Shown here: positions 1 to 11,800 of the stretch, piece after piece
Layout: every line of letters begins with the position of its first letter
Numbering within the stretch: the first letter of the stretch is position 1
Virus record (IMG/VR): IMGVR_UViG_3300032245_001127
DNA from: a virus
DNA: 64,000 nucleotides
Strand: one strand, 5' to 3'
Program-made: the position numbers and the translations under genes
The notes under the pieces: model-generated
Told to the model about the DNA's origin: nothing
What the model saw: the letters and a program-made list of their open reading frames with translations, nothing else
The model's database searches: none

Positions 1-3000
1 TGTTTATCGACGCCGAGTTTAGAATTAATTGCATTCTATTTACAATTTCTCTTTCTCCGATCACACCTGTTAAACTTGAGTCAACTGCTGGAGCAAGACG
101 AATAGAAATTAATGGAATAGGACGAGTTAAGTCAACTGCACCATTTCCAAATGCGTTTTCACCGATAGTGAATGATGTTCCGTTTGCAATCTCATTCAAG
201 TTTGTAGGTGAAGCTGATGTTGCAGGATATGAAGTCCAAATACGTGAGTTATTTCCTTCAACTCTAACCTGAGCAACATACGATCCGTCTGGAATGTTTG
301 TTCCTGGAGCAGATGTTTCACTAATTAATTGTCCAACTTTTGCTTTTGCGGCATCAGCAGCAGAAACTCCGAAAGAGTACACATAAACACGTCTTGCGTT
401 TAATGTAATTTCTTGGAATGACGATGCTGAAGTTCCTGTAATTGTGTCTGTTGTACCTTGAGCAAATACGAATGGTTTTGAACTACCTGTAAATAAATAT
501 GCTCCGTCATTATCATATGTACCATCCATAATCACCGATGTACCAAAGTGGAATAATGTAGGTGAAGATGATGGACTTACACCATTTTCAATTTCATATC
601 TTCCTGGAAGGTTACCAGATCTAAAGTATGATTCATTTAATTTATTGTTATGTATAAATTCATGATGATAATGAATATGACCTTTTGCATCTTTAGTACC
701 GAAACGTATTTTACCTGCTCCGTACCAAGAATAATCAGCATAACACATTTGTATTTTATGAATATCTAAATTATATCCATTTACACCTGTACCATCGCAT
801 GGATCTATATTCCATTGACTTTGAGGAATTTTCGTGTCAACTCTCTTTGTAATTTTAATATTACTCGCTGTTAATCCACGATAAGGTGGTTGAACTGTTA
901 ATGAGCTGTCAGAATTTACAGCAACAACTCGATAAACTTGACCACGAACTGAAACGTGATCTCCTACAACTAATTGTCCTGTGAATGATGTATTAATACC
1001 TGTAATTCTCTGACTGTTTCTTGTAGCAGTACATGTTCCTGAAAGCTGTAATGTACAAGATCTTCTTACAACACTTAAATTTTGACCATCATACTCAAAG
1101 AAGAAACCATTCGAATCATCGAACATACCTGCTCGAATATAAGAATCTCTCCAACCATTTCTTCCATATTCTGGGAATCCACCAGCTTTTTGTTGAACTG
1201 GGGCTTGTCCTACAGCATATGTAAATGTAGTATTATTTACAATTGATCTTACGTTAAATGTTCCGTTATATACGTTGTTACCGATATCAACAGTAGCAGC
1301 ATCAATTATAATTGAATCGTTTACTCTTAAATTGTGTGGTTCTTGGCACACAACTGTAATCACGTGAATACCACTCACTAAAGAATATGTTAAACTTTGT
1401 GTAGTCTTTAATGGTGAGAAGTTAATCGCGTAAGAGTTTTGAATACCTTTACCAGATTGATATCTAAAGTATTTACGAGATTGACGACAAATACGACTAT
1501 TTGGTGATGTACCAGCAGTAATGTCAACACCTCCGTCAAACGATTTATGTAAAGAATAACCATCAGGTCTTAAATTTACAGCTGTAATAGTAAAATATTG
1601 AGCACTATTAAATGTAGATGGGAATACGTCTGATGATATGTCTAACGTCATTTCAGTATCTGAAGTAATTTTATCAACAATAAATTTTCTCAGTCTATTG
1701 CTAATTAAAATATAGATTGAATCAAATCGTTTAAATTTAGATAAGAATTTAGTTCCAGAACCACTTAAAATTCTTGTATTATTTACTCCAGAAACTGTTC
1801 CAGATTGAACAGCAGTTTTCACAATATTTGTAGTAGATAATGTTTGTGTTTGAGAACTTGCTGCTGGAGATAATTGTACTAATTGTCCTGCAAGTGCAGA
1901 TACATAAGAGTTCGATAATGAAACAGTATATTGATCTCTTACGATTACAAAATAGTCATCTACAGCTGGATCGTTTATGATATCTGTATTTCCATTTCCT
2001 GGAGTGTAAGTAATTCTTTCTCCTGGAAATAAATTGTGTGGAGCATAAGGATTTGATGTTCCAATTACAATTGTATCGTCAGTAGAATTTACTGCACCAC
2101 CAGTTGCTGTTGATCTTGCGTTAAAGCTATATGTTCTTGCTGGAATTTGAAAATCTATTCCGAATGTAAATGAATTAGTCGTAGGAGTTGTTGCGATAGT
2201 GTATATACCATCATATGCTCCTGAAACGTTATTTACAGTGAAATTTTGCGCACCTGAACCAGATGATGATAAAAGAATATCACCAGTAGTTGCTGTTACA
2301 AGGAATCTTATTTCCCACCAGTTTGTCATTCCTGGAACAACTCTGTTCACACTAGCTGTTGGAGAAGCTGTAACAACTACTCCTAATGGTGATCCTGTTA
2401 AGAATGCTGATATGTTTTTAGAAACCCAAGTTGGTTCATCTAAGTATGAGCTAGTGTTTTGACCATTGATAACACCAATATTATAATTGATATTATCAGC
2501 GAATTTAATTGTAACGTATCTTGTTGTTCCTGAGAAATATCCTCTAAATTGAACACCTACAATTTCAGCATTATTTGGTACAACACCAAGAGGAGTTTCT
2601 ATATTTACTGTGAAAGATTGATTCGCAGAAATAGAAGTGCTTCCGAATGAAGATGTTGTTGCAGATGCAGATCCAGAAACAATGTTAGAATCTCTAATGA
2701 CTAATCTTGAGTCATTTACAAATGAAAGAGCATAAACTGTTCCAGATGTTAAACCACCAATGACTGTTCCTGCTGTTGTATATGTTGCAAGAGCACTTCC
2801 TTGTATTTTGTGGTTACGAATATAAATTGTATTATATAACGGATTTGTTTTTTCTGAAGATATAGTAAATTCTATTGGATAAGAAGCTATATCATTTGTG
2901 AAAGGAGCAATTCTTGATGTTAATCTTATATAATTTGATGATATAACATTAACGTCACATTGAACTGATGCTGATGTGATTGGCACAAACGCACCAGAAG

Positions 3001-5218
3001 AATCAACGAAACCAAATCTGTTTGTTGTTGAATAACCAGAACCTGTAACTGCAAGAGTTACAACTTCATTATTTACAAGTCCATGACTCGGCACATATAA
3101 TAAATTTTTAAATGCTGTTAAATCGTTTGCGAATCCATAAAAAATATTTGATGAAGAAGTGAAATCTACATAACCTGGATCGTTATAATCTACTGTTATT
3201 GCACCATAACTGTTTGTAGATGTTGAAAGTGCAACATATGGTATATTTCCAGTTCCATATCTTCCATTGTTTACTGTATTTGATTGGTAAGAATATGCAT
3301 CTGAAGCTCCGTTTGTTGATGATGCACCATTTGAACGACCTTGAAATGCAATCAATTTATTTCCTGAAACTCCACCTCTTCCGAATGATGATGAAGCCAA
3401 ATCAGAACCAGAATGTGCGTCATTAATTGCTGTTGGAACATCGTCTACAGACAAATAGTATTCATGGTAGTAGGATGATGTTGGATTACCAAATTTATCT
3501 CTGTTAATCGCACTAAATTGATATTGTATATCAATATAATAACTTCCAGAAGATAGATATAAACATCTAGTTACATCTGTATTTGGATATTCGTATGCAG
3601 TATCTGATCCTTTTGCGGCTAATGAATAGTAAATATTATCAGATCCTTGATTTAAATAATTTCTTGCTAAGTAGTAAATGTTTACAGGGCTTCCTGCCAT
3701 GTTTGTACCAGAATGATACAATTGATAAATTATTGCAGCAACTGGAATACGACTACCACCAATAAATGATGTAACGTCCCAAGTAAACGAATTTGTATTT
3801 GAGTTGTTAATACTTCCTGGAGTGTAACTTCCTGTTGTACCTGTTCTTACGTTTCTTGTATAAAAAGGAGTATATCTTAAAGTATCTTTTTTAGCTTCAA
3901 TTTTATAAACTAATCCAAGACGTGGATATCCTTTTGTTAAATCAATTGCTGTTAAATTCATTTTAGAAGCAAGTGTTCCATAATCACTATACAATTCAAA
4001 AGTATTTGCAGTTAAAACTTTAACATAGTAAACTGTTCCGTCAGTCAGACTACCATTTGTAGATGGACTTGCTTCTGTTCCACGAACTTGAGTTTGAAAT
4101 AATAATGCTGCATTATTTGCAAATCCATGAGCATTCCATGTAACTATGTCCGTAGCAGCATCAACATCAGATGCTTGTAAATATTTAACATAAGTTGGTT
4201 CCCAATCCCAAGTTACTACAGGATATTCATACGCAAGAGATGCTGCACCAATTCCTGTATTTGCAGATACACTATTTGATACTGTAAGTGTTGCTGACGA
4301 ATCAATATAAGGACGACCATCAGGAGCAGTTCCAACTGGATTTGAAATTGAAAGTACTTTAGGACCAATTGTTTGTCTTAAATAAATTTTTGTACCAACA
4401 GCTAATCCATGTGTATCTGATGTTCTTACTGTAAGAGTTGATGGACTTGCTGCATTTGTAGAAATTGCACCATCCGCATTCGAAAGATCTATTTGAAGAT
4501 TTGATCCTTCAAAAAATTTTGCAGGAATTACGTTTGTATATGAACCATTTACAATTTTAGTTTCAAAAGCAGTTTGATCTATTTCGTAGTATAATTCGGT
4601 TGCAACAGGAATACCAGTTACAAGGAATGCACCCTCTGCAGTTATATCGCTTACTCCTGATATAATGATTGGATCTCCAACTGCTAAGTTATGAGCAGTA
4701 GTAAAAATACATTTTACTTGTTTTGACCCTGCTGTCATTGTGATAGATACTAATCCTTCAAGTGATGCGTCACCTGCTGTAGAATAAATTGTAGGAATAT
4801 TTAAAACTGTTTGAAGTGTTTCCCATTTTGTAGATTGTGTGCCATATTCAAAGTCTGTATCAATTAAGTTTTCTGGATTTGATACACGCAATTTGTTCAC
4901 TGGGTCGATCATGGCTTCTTCGAAACCAATACGAGCAAATTCTTCTTCTATAAATATTTGTAAATCATCATTGTTTGTTGTCGGACCTAATGCAGCATTT
5001 GATAATGTTCCTCTTAGAACAAATGTAGTTTTTTCTGAACCTGCGTCGTAAATACGATTCGTTACACCTAATGCTGAATCAGCAAAGTTGTAAATAATTT
5101 TATTTGCAGTAACGTTAGTGATTAATAATAAACGTTCAAGAGGTACGTTACCATCAACAGTAACAGAGTTATTTGAAACGCTAATTTCATATTTTGTAGC
5201 AAGTAGTTTTTTAGGCAT
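1..5218 (-). CDS. Large virion structural protein, 3' end outside window (missing from ORF track)
   Basis: ATG at 5218 after AAGGA; reads MPKKLLATKYEISVSNNSVTVDGNVPLERLLLITNVTANKIIYNFAD, later KLRVSNPENLIDTDFEYGTQSTKWE and RQSRKYFRYQSGKG, typical of T4-like cyano/pelagiphage structural proteins; frame spot-checked only. Confidence 0.8.
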   Translation of the reverse strand, partial: MPKKLLATKYEISVSNNSVTVDGNVPLERLLLITNVTANKIIYNFADSALGVTNRIYDAGSEKTTFVLRGTLSNAALGPTTNNDDLQIFIEEEFARIGFEEAMIDPVNKLRVSNPENLIDTDFEYGTQSTKWETLQTVLNIPTIYSTAGDASLEGLVSITMTAGSKQVKCIFTTAHNLAVGDPIIISGVSDITAEGAFLVTGIPVATELYYEIDQTAFETKIVNGSYTNVIPAKFFEGSNLQIDLSNADGAISTNAASPSTLTVRTSDTHGLAVGTKIYLRQTIGPKVLSISNPVGTAPDGRPYIDSSATLTVSNSVSANTGIGAASLAYEYPVVTWDWEPTYVKYLQASDVDAATDIVTWNAHGFANNAALLFQTQVRGTEASPSTNGSLTDGTVYYVKVLTANTFELYSDYGTLASKMNLTAIDLTKGYPRLGLVYKIEAKKDTLRYTPFYTRNVRTGTTGSYTPGSINNSNTNSFTWDVTSFIGGSRIPVAAIIYQLYHSGTNMAGSPVNIYYLARNYLNQGSDNIYYSLAAKGSDTAYEYPNTDVTRCLYLSSGSYYIDIQYQFSAINRDKFGNPTSSYYHEYYLSVDDVPTAINDAHSGSDLASSSFGRGGVSGNKLIAFQGRSNGASSTNGASDAYSYQSNTVNNGRYGTGNIPYVALSTSTNSYGAITVDYNDPGYVDFTSSSNIFYGFANDLTAFKNLLYVPSHGLVNNEVVTLAVTGSGYSTTNRFGFVDSSGAFVPITSASVQCDVNVISSNYIRLTSRIAPFTNDIASYPIEFTISSEKTNPLYNTIYIRNHKIQGSALATYTTAGTVIGGLTSGTVYALSFVNDSRLVIRDSNIVSGSASATTSSFGSTSISANQSFTVNIETPLGVVPNNAEIVGVQFRGYFSGTTRYVTIKFADNINYNIGVINGQNTSSYLDEPTWVSKNISAFLTGSPLGVVVTASPTASVNRVVPGMTNWWEIRFLVTATTGDILLSSSGSGAQNFTVNNVSGAYDGIYTIATTPTTNSFTFGIDFQIPARTYSFNARSTATGGAVNSTDDTIVIGTSNPYAPHNLFPGERITYTPGNGNTDIINDPAVDDYFVIVRDQYTVSLSNSYVSALAGQLVQLSPAASSQTQTLSTTNIVKTAVQSGTVSGVNNTRILSGSGTKFLSKFKRFDSIYILISNRLRKFIVDKITSDTEMTLDISSDVFPSTFNSAQYFTITAVNLRPDGYSLHKSFDGGVDITAGTSPNSRICRQSRKYFRYQSGKGIQNSYAINFSPLKTTQSLTYSLVSGIHVITVVCQEPHNLRVNDSIIIDAATVDIGNNVYNGTFNVRSIVNNTTFTYAVGQAPVQQKAGGFPEYGRNGWRDSYIRAGMFDDSNGFFFEYDGQNLSVVRRSCTLQLSGTCTATRNSQRITGINTSFTGQLVVGDHVSVRGQVYRVVAVNSDSSLTVQPPYRGLTASNIKITKRVDTKIPQSQWNIDPCDGTGVNGYNLDIHKIQMCYADYSWYGAGKIRFGTKDAKGHIHYHHEFIHNNKLNESYFRSGNLPGRYEIENGVSPSSSPTLFHFGTSVIMDGTYDNDGAYLFTGSSKPFVFAQGTTDTITGTSASSFQEITLNARRVYVYSFGVSAADAAKAKVGQLISETSAPGTNIPDGSYVAQVRVEGNNSRIWTSYPATSASPTNLNEIANGTSFTIGENAFGNGAVDLTRPIPLISIRLAPAVDSSLTGVIGEREIVNRMQLILNSASIN

Positions 5219-5234
5219 TTTCTATATTCCTTAT

Positions 5235-5894
5235 TTAATTTAATTCTTCTTTGACATATCTTGGTAAAGCATTCGCATCATGCTTATATACTCCTGTCGG
5301 TGCTGTAATCATATACATTCCTTTAGGATTTCCGCTGATTGTTATATCAGCATCATATACACTTAAACTATGCAACCGATATTTTTCAACAGGTTTTTCG
5401 TTTATATTTAGGTTATCGTCAAGTGCGATAAACTTATATTGTGGGTTTAATTTAAGTATTTTAGGTGTATTTCCTAAAAATTCAGTATATCCGTCCCAAA
5501 TTAATACATCTTTTGGGTCTGAAATACAATAAAACGTACTTTTTTCACTCACAGTTTTTAAACGAACATGTGTTTTACTCGCAGTTGCAAGTATTTCTTC
5601 ATTACTTGGGAGTGGGTTACCAACATAATCGGTTCTTCCATCATACCCTTTCATAATATATGAATAATGAAATCTAAAATTTGGACCCATTATTCCTAAT
5701 TCTTTTTTTGTATCCCAGTCACAAATCGCAACTGCACCCTCTTTAAGTGTTGTAAGTGTGCATAGTTCTACATTTGGGATTCCAATCCATCCTTCTTGTC
5801 CCTTGGTTCCTGTAGCTTTTTGCAATATAAAATTTTCTTTATATTTTGAACAAACTACTTCCCATGACCAATCATCAGGAGTCTTTAATTTCAT
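5235..5894 (-). CDS. Hypothetical protein
   Basis: 219-aa ORF in operon orientation, CTAAATA motif just upstream. Confidence 0.7.
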   Translation of the reverse strand: MKLKTPDDWSWEVVCSKYKENFILQKATGTKGQEGWIGIPNVELCTLTTLKEGAVAICDWDTKKELGIMGPNFRFHYSYIMKGYDGRTDYVGNPLPSNEEILATASKTHVRLKTVSEKSTFYCISDPKDVLIWDGYTEFLGNTPKILKLNPQYKFIALDDNLNINEKPVEKYRLHSLSVYDADITISGNPKGMYMITAPTGVYKHDANALPRYVKEELN

Positions 5895-5911
5895 AATATA
5901 ATATTTAGGTA

Positions 5912-6142
5912 TTATCCACCCAATGCGACGCTCATCGCAGTCGTAATTGATGCTGGATTAATTATATCCCATTTAGATCCGTCGTAAATTTCTTCTCTAC
6001 TTAACGATGTATTAAATCTTATGTCACCAGCTTTTGGAACAAGTGGTCTTTCTTCTGTTGTGCCTTTTGCAAGAGTACTTGCAGTTCCTCTTAATTCTAT
6101 ATTTTTTGAAATCGAATTATTTACTATTTTACTGATTGGCAT
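5912..6142 (-). CDS. Small virion structural protein
   Basis: GTTEERP..GDIRFNT..EIYDGSKW motif common in phage fibre proteins; C-terminal AMSVALG. Confidence 0.65.
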   Translation of the reverse strand: MPISKIVNNSISKNIELRGTASTLAKGTTEERPLVPKAGDIRFNTSLSREEIYDGSKWDIINPASITTAMSVALGG

Positions 6143-6163
6143 ATATATCCCTATTTAGTATTT

Positions 6164-8053
6164 TTAATCGTTCGAAATATACGATATGCTAAATTCTAAA
6201 ACACTCGAAGCAGTTAAATTTGCAATCGTTGCAGCAGAACCATTTGTTAAAACACCTAATGTTGTTGTGTTTGTAATCGCACGAACCAATGGATTCGTAA
6301 ATGATGTGCCATTTGTAACTAGAAGAGTTCCATAGTCAAATACTACGTTTCCTGCTCCATTTGCAATCGTTGGCATTCCACCAATCGTAAACGTTCCAGA
6401 AGCAGTTCCTAATCCAGTAACTGTAATTTTTCCTGATACTTTTACAAGTCGACCAATTTTAATATATTTTGCTTGATTGAATGAATAAGTTATTCCTGTT
6501 CCAGTTGCTGGGATTAAAGTTGGACTAAAATCTCCTTCTTCATAATCATCTAAAACGTTTGGATTATTCGAAGCATTTTGAGTTCCTGGAAATTGTACAT
6601 ATCCGTTTGTAGTTAAATTTCCTGTAATTGCAAGAGCACCAGCATACGTTTGTTGTGTAAGCAATGTAGGATTGTGTGGTGTATATCCTAAATTCGCAAT
6701 CGCAACACCAGCTGCAAGTTTTGAATTTGTAATTGTACTATCTGCAATTTTTGCAGCAGTAACTGCTTGATCTCTTAATGCTGCAGTTGCAATCGCACCA
6801 TCAACATATGAATTTCTTGATACTGTACCGAATCCTAAATGTAATATGTTTACTTTAATTCCAGCAACTAAAGGGCTTGCTAATCGACAAGTTGTTCCAC
6901 CTACAATCGTATAATCTACTGTATCAGTTTGTACAACTCCATTTATTGTAACTAATATTGCTTGTGGAGAAACTGGAACTTTAGACATTGTAAAATCTTG
7001 TTGATTCAACGTACTTACAAATTTATCAACTGTAAAATTTTTTAAATTATCTGCAAGAGCAAGATCCGTTACAGAACCTGCTGATGGAGTTACTTGATAA
7101 TTTGACCCACCTGTGTGTGTAATGTAAATATTTTGTCCTAATTCTGGAATACCATTAAAAACAACTGCTCTAAATCTTAATAGTTCAATACTTGAAATTA
7201 AAAAAGAACCACCTGTTTCATTTTCATAAGTGATAGTATCTGTATCATAATTTACAGTTTTTGGTTCGTTATATACAACAGTTGTTGCTCCAGCACTAAA
7301 ATTTGCTGTTGATGTTTTAATTACATCTATAAAACTTGTTGTAGCATTTGCTATAATTCCTGTTGCTGAACCTTGTGTTATTTTGTCTGAAATTTTTGGA
7401 GACTCAGCTTCTGCTGTAACTGATGTGGCAGTAAAATATTGATTGAAAGCAGTGGTTGGAAGAGTATTACCAACATCAACAAGACCACTCGGATTAAGTG
7501 CATAATATACGTTGTCTGTTGTGTTTCTAAAAATTAAATAATGTGTAGTTGTATCTGTTACAAATGCTCCAGAAGATAATACACCAACAATAGCTGTTGG
7601 TTGATTAACTGAATCAACTCTATTTACTGTAATTTCTGCAACAAGTGTATTTCCTGTAATTGTACGTTGTTGTAATGTTATAGTATCTCCAGAAGCTGAT
7701 GCAAATGCGTTTACACCATTTAACATATCTTTTACAGAATTATATAATACTGAATTTGATGCATAGTTCGCAACACCAGTCGCAGCACTTCCTGTTGGTT
7801 TTCCAATTGTAATATTTCTTATTTGCTTGATTACACCACCAGAAATAATTATTCGATAAACGTCTTGAATTGTGTATGCAGTTACTGGTTGTTGCGGAAC
7901 GTTATCCACAATCGCTAATACATTTGACTCAAATCCTCCAGGAATTTCTTGAGCAAGGACATATTCTTTTTGATATCCTGTGCCAGCAAATTCGTCTCTC
8001 GGACGAAGCTGAGTATTTAATGCTTCTACATTTGAAGAACCAATATATGCCAT
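6164..8053 (-). CDS. Tail fibre-like virion protein
   Basis: MAYIG start, Thr/Gly-rich, VTINGVVQ motif, AVTAAKIAD repeats, C-terminal NVLDDYEEG..YIKIGRLV domain. Confidence 0.75.
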   Translation of the reverse strand: MAYIGSSNVEALNTQLRPRDEFAGTGYQKEYVLAQEIPGGFESNVLAIVDNVPQQPVTAYTIQDVYRIIISGGVIKQIRNITIGKPTGSAATGVANYASNSVLYNSVKDMLNGVNAFASASGDTITLQQRTITGNTLVAEITVNRVDSVNQPTAIVGVLSSGAFVTDTTTHYLIFRNTTDNVYYALNPSGLVDVGNTLPTTAFNQYFTATSVTAEAESPKISDKITQGSATGIIANATTSFIDVIKTSTANFSAGATTVVYNEPKTVNYDTDTITYENETGGSFLISSIELLRFRAVVFNGIPELGQNIYITHTGGSNYQVTPSAGSVTDLALADNLKNFTVDKFVSTLNQQDFTMSKVPVSPQAILVTINGVVQTDTVDYTIVGGTTCRLASPLVAGIKVNILHLGFGTVSRNSYVDGAIATAALRDQAVTAAKIADSTITNSKLAAGVAIANLGYTPHNPTLLTQQTYAGALAITGNLTTNGYVQFPGTQNASNNPNVLDDYEEGDFSPTLIPATGTGITYSFNQAKYIKIGRLVKVSGKITVTGLGTASGTFTIGGMPTIANGAGNVVFDYGTLLVTNGTSFTNPLVRAITNTTTLGVLTNGSAATIANLTASSVLEFSISYISND

Positions 8054-8061
8054 GAATTTTT

Positions 8062-8385
8062 TTAGATGTCTTCTAAAATACTCGCAATCGCATCAATTGA
8101 TGTTGATGTATTACTTACTACTTTTAGAGCATCTGTATTTGTTAAAACTATTTTTTGACCAGAAATAATTTGTAAAGTGCCACCAGTTGGAACTGGAGCA
8201 TTTTTTACAAGATAATAATCTGAGCCTGAACGAGATATATAAGCATTGACTGTAACTGCAGCATTCGAAGTATTACATACATCCAACTCAATTACAATTG
8301 AATTTTTTGAAGCTGGAGCTGAATACATCGTAACTGGAGTCGTACCAATATCTCGTTGTAATGCGTTTTTAAAGACGTTTGCCAT
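8062..8385 (-). CDS. Conserved small virion protein
   Basis: MANVFKN beta-rich family common next to fibre genes. Confidence 0.65.
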   Translation of the reverse strand: MANVFKNALQRDIGTTPVTMYSAPASKNSIVIELDVCNTSNAAVTVNAYISRSGSDYYLVKNAPVPTGGTLQIISGQKIVLTNTDALKVVSNTSTSIDAIASILEDI

Positions 8386-8388
8386 TGT

Positions 8389-8598
8389 TTATCCTAATGC
8401 TATTGTTATCGCTACTGAGTATTCGCGTGTTTCGTTTACTGCTGACACTAAATCTGGTTCTGCATTCGATAAAAGTGCAAGATCACCAATATAGTCTTCT
8501 TGATTATTTGTTTTGGTAATTACTGAATTTGTTTGAACACGCCATTGATCGAACGTATTCGCTTGTGATACAGTATTTACGACAGCTTGTTTTGCCAT
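8389..8598 (-). CDS. Small structural protein
   Basis: NTFDQWRVQTN..IGDL..LVSAVNE motif; C-terminal AITIALG. Confidence 0.55.
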   Translation of the reverse strand: MAKQAVVNTVSQANTFDQWRVQTNSVITKTNNQEDYIGDLALLSNAEPDLVSAVNETREYSVAITIALG

Positions 8599-8600
8599 AC

Positions 8601-8819
8601 TTATTTTTTCTCTTTAGTTAATTGAGTTAATAAAGATCTTATCTCGAATAACTCACTTTTGATAGTATTTATTTCACTCTGCATCATTCTTTCTCTACTT
8701 AATGCATTTTCTTGTATTTTTATATAGTTTTCATATTCAGAAGTATTCGTATTAATTACTCCATTTGAATAAGAATCTCTTATATATGCTGGATAATCAG
8801 ATACTCTATACTTTGTCAT
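8601..8819 (-). CDS. Conserved hypothetical coiled-coil protein
   Basis: RD..SNGVINT..EI..IKSELFEIRSLL, in structural operon. Confidence 0.6.
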   Translation of the reverse strand: MTKYRVSDYPAYIRDSYSNGVINTNTSEYENYIKIQENALSRERMMQSEINTIKSELFEIRSLLTQLTKEKK

Positions 8820-8823
8820 ATAC

Positions 8824-11800
8824 TTAACTATAAGAAATTACTCTTAAATTCTTTACTTTAGGCACATAAACTGAATTACTTGATTTAAATACAATTTTAA
8901 TTTGTATATTTTTATATGCTGATAATGACTCTAATGTATGTATTCTTTCTTTAAATACGTCAATTGAATCTTTTGAAGATGCTGTAAATCCTGTATCAAT
9001 CCATCTTAATTTAGATAATACTACTTCATCATTCCATGTTCGATAGTATAATTTTAAATTAGTATTTATAGGTATATTTGCATCAAATAATATCTTAAGA
9101 TTATTTGCTGGATTTGTTAATGTCAATGTTCTTGTAATGTAATTCGCTAAATTAGTTGCACCTGTTGGAGCAAAATCACTTACATATGCATCATATTGTT
9201 TAATTGACCATGACGCACAAGTTCTTCGTATTGCCATTTTAGTAGTTGTAATTGTAGTCGTTGCATTTCCTGTAAGTGTAATTGTTCCAGATGTTACAGA
9301 AGCAACAGTTCCTACTACTTTTTTCTCTAATCTTTGTTTCGATCCACCATCTGGTGTAACTGTCTCATATAAAGTAGTTGAAATTAATATATCACCAGCA
9401 GCAATTCTTGAAGTGTTATCAGCTGAAGATGATACTGAAGTAGAAGATGAGCTTGAAGATTGTGTTCCTTCTAAATCAAATTCAAGCCAATCATGTACTA
9501 CATCCAAATATATTGTATTTGTTGTTGGAAGTGAAGAGAATGCTGAATTAAATGTTACAGTAACTTTATTTCCATCAGCTGAACCTGCATAACGATCAAG
9601 AGATCTTTCCTCTACTACGTTTGCAATATTATATGTTCCATTAATTCCTGTGCGTACAGAATTTAATATTAAGTCAGCACCAATTTGTGTGTTTGCTAAT
9701 AAATTATCAGCAGCATCAATCCATGTAACTAATTGACCATTTCCTGAATTATTGTTTGATATTTCTACAACACCACGAGATACTATTTCATATGCAACAC
9801 CACTTGCATTTGTTGCAAGAGCATTCGCAGTTAATACGATTGTAGTTGCGTTTGTTATTGAAGAAATTACACCAATCGCAGTATTTCCTACACGAATCGT
9901 ATCACCAACTCTTGCTTCAGTAGTAAATAAAGTTCCTGAACCACTTACTGAAGTTGAAGAAGTGCTTGTTGTAATTGTTCCTGTTCCAGTTATAAATGTA
10001 TCAGCATCAGTTACTGTATTCGAAACTAATATGTTTCGGTCGTCAATTCCTGATACGTTTAGATTAGCTGATGATTTATCATCAATTGAATTTGATATCG
10101 CATAAACACTCATCTTTTGTAAATCAATTACAGGCGATAAATTTGCGTTTGTTGAGAATAGTCTTGCACGAATCTTTAATGATGGTCTCTTTAATAGTGG
10201 TGATGTGCTCACTACTGTTTGATTTTCGTATGATTTAATAATTTTTCTTGAATTGAAATAATAGTTTTCATTCGCAACAATCGGTAAAAAGTCAGTTGCT
10301 ACATTTGCCGAGTCAGAAGCTGATATATAATATTCAATTTTAGTATCTGTAAATGTTAAATCATTTGTTTTTAAATACAATGCATCAAGATTTAATTGAC
10401 GTGAACATCTTACATTTGTTCCACCATAATTACCTTTAATAAAGTTTGCAGTTGTTCCAGTTAATAAATTTGTACTATTCGGATCAGTTGTTTGTAATTG
10501 AACCACGAAAGAATCTTTTGTCAATCCTTCTGCTAAAACTAAGTGAGATCCATTTAATAATGTATTTGGCGCACCATTTACTCCATCTGCACCATAAATT
10601 CCTACAGGAACACCAGAAATAACAGCAATATCGTTAAATGTGAATCCATGATTTCTTGCTTTTACTCTTACATGTGGTGAGTTGGGTGTAAATTCAAAAG
10701 GATTTTCATCTAAATTAAATGTAATTGGTGGGTTTGCTTTTAATTCTACATCAGCGATCACTCCTGTATCAAAAGTGCAAGAGTATAATCTAAACTTCAT
10801 ATCTAATAATGGATTAATTTGAAACTCTGAAGAGTTTTGTGAAAGATATAAAGATCCAGTTAATGGCTGTTGAGTAATAATATTTGTAGTTTGTAAATCT
10901 GTTTTACCCAGTTCAGAAATAAAAATTTTAGCTCCAGGTTCGTCTGTTCTTACAACAATTGCATATGTTTCGTTATCTTGTAAATAAACTGGTGCTAAAA
11001 ATTTAAAGTTAGTTGCAACCGATCCATTTGATGATATATTAATTTCGTTTGGATTTTTTGTAATTGTTGTAAATGGTACTACTCTTGAAGATGGAACACC
11101 ATTATTTGTAACACGCAATTCTACTATAATTGGTCTATTACCTGCTTCTTCAAAATATAAATCAACTGAAGAAACAAAAGCACCACCTTTAGATGATACC
11201 ACAAATGTTTGCGCAATCGGATCGTGTCCTCTTCTAATTGTATAAAGAAGACGAGTTGTAGTTGTTGTTCTTCTTGCAGGTATTTCTTCAAATAAACGAT
11301 CTTGAACGAATCTTACATCTCTTGAGTTTACGATTGTTCTTTCTTTTGAAAGTGTAGTTCCTGAAGCAATATAAGTTGCAGATCCTTTAGAATCGAAATC
11401 AAATTCACTATTTGAAACGTTATCAATTAATTTAAATGTACGTTCTCCTGTTCTAAAATTAGGAGAAGGAATAGTAAACACACCGCAAATAGATCCATTT
11501 ACATCAGTTCTTAATTGACTTCCAGTTGTTTTTAAAGTAGGTGGAGTTGATGCGTCAGTGCTTCCATTAATACTTGTAATTGTAACTCGGTTTCTTGCAC
11601 CATTTCCTATATCTACTTCACCAACTAATACGTCACCGATAGCAAATCCTCTTTTAATATTAATCATGTGAAGATCACGAACAGTTGACGATGTACGATA
11701 TCCTTCAAAATTTGCAACAGCACTTGCTTGAAGACGTTGTAATTTACCACCATCTCCTGCAGCATATGCAGTTGTTGAATATGCATCAAAAGGATATATT

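Noticed and set aside
1033-5051. Short plus-strand ORFs
   Set aside because: Antisense shadows of the long minus-strand structural gene starting at 5218
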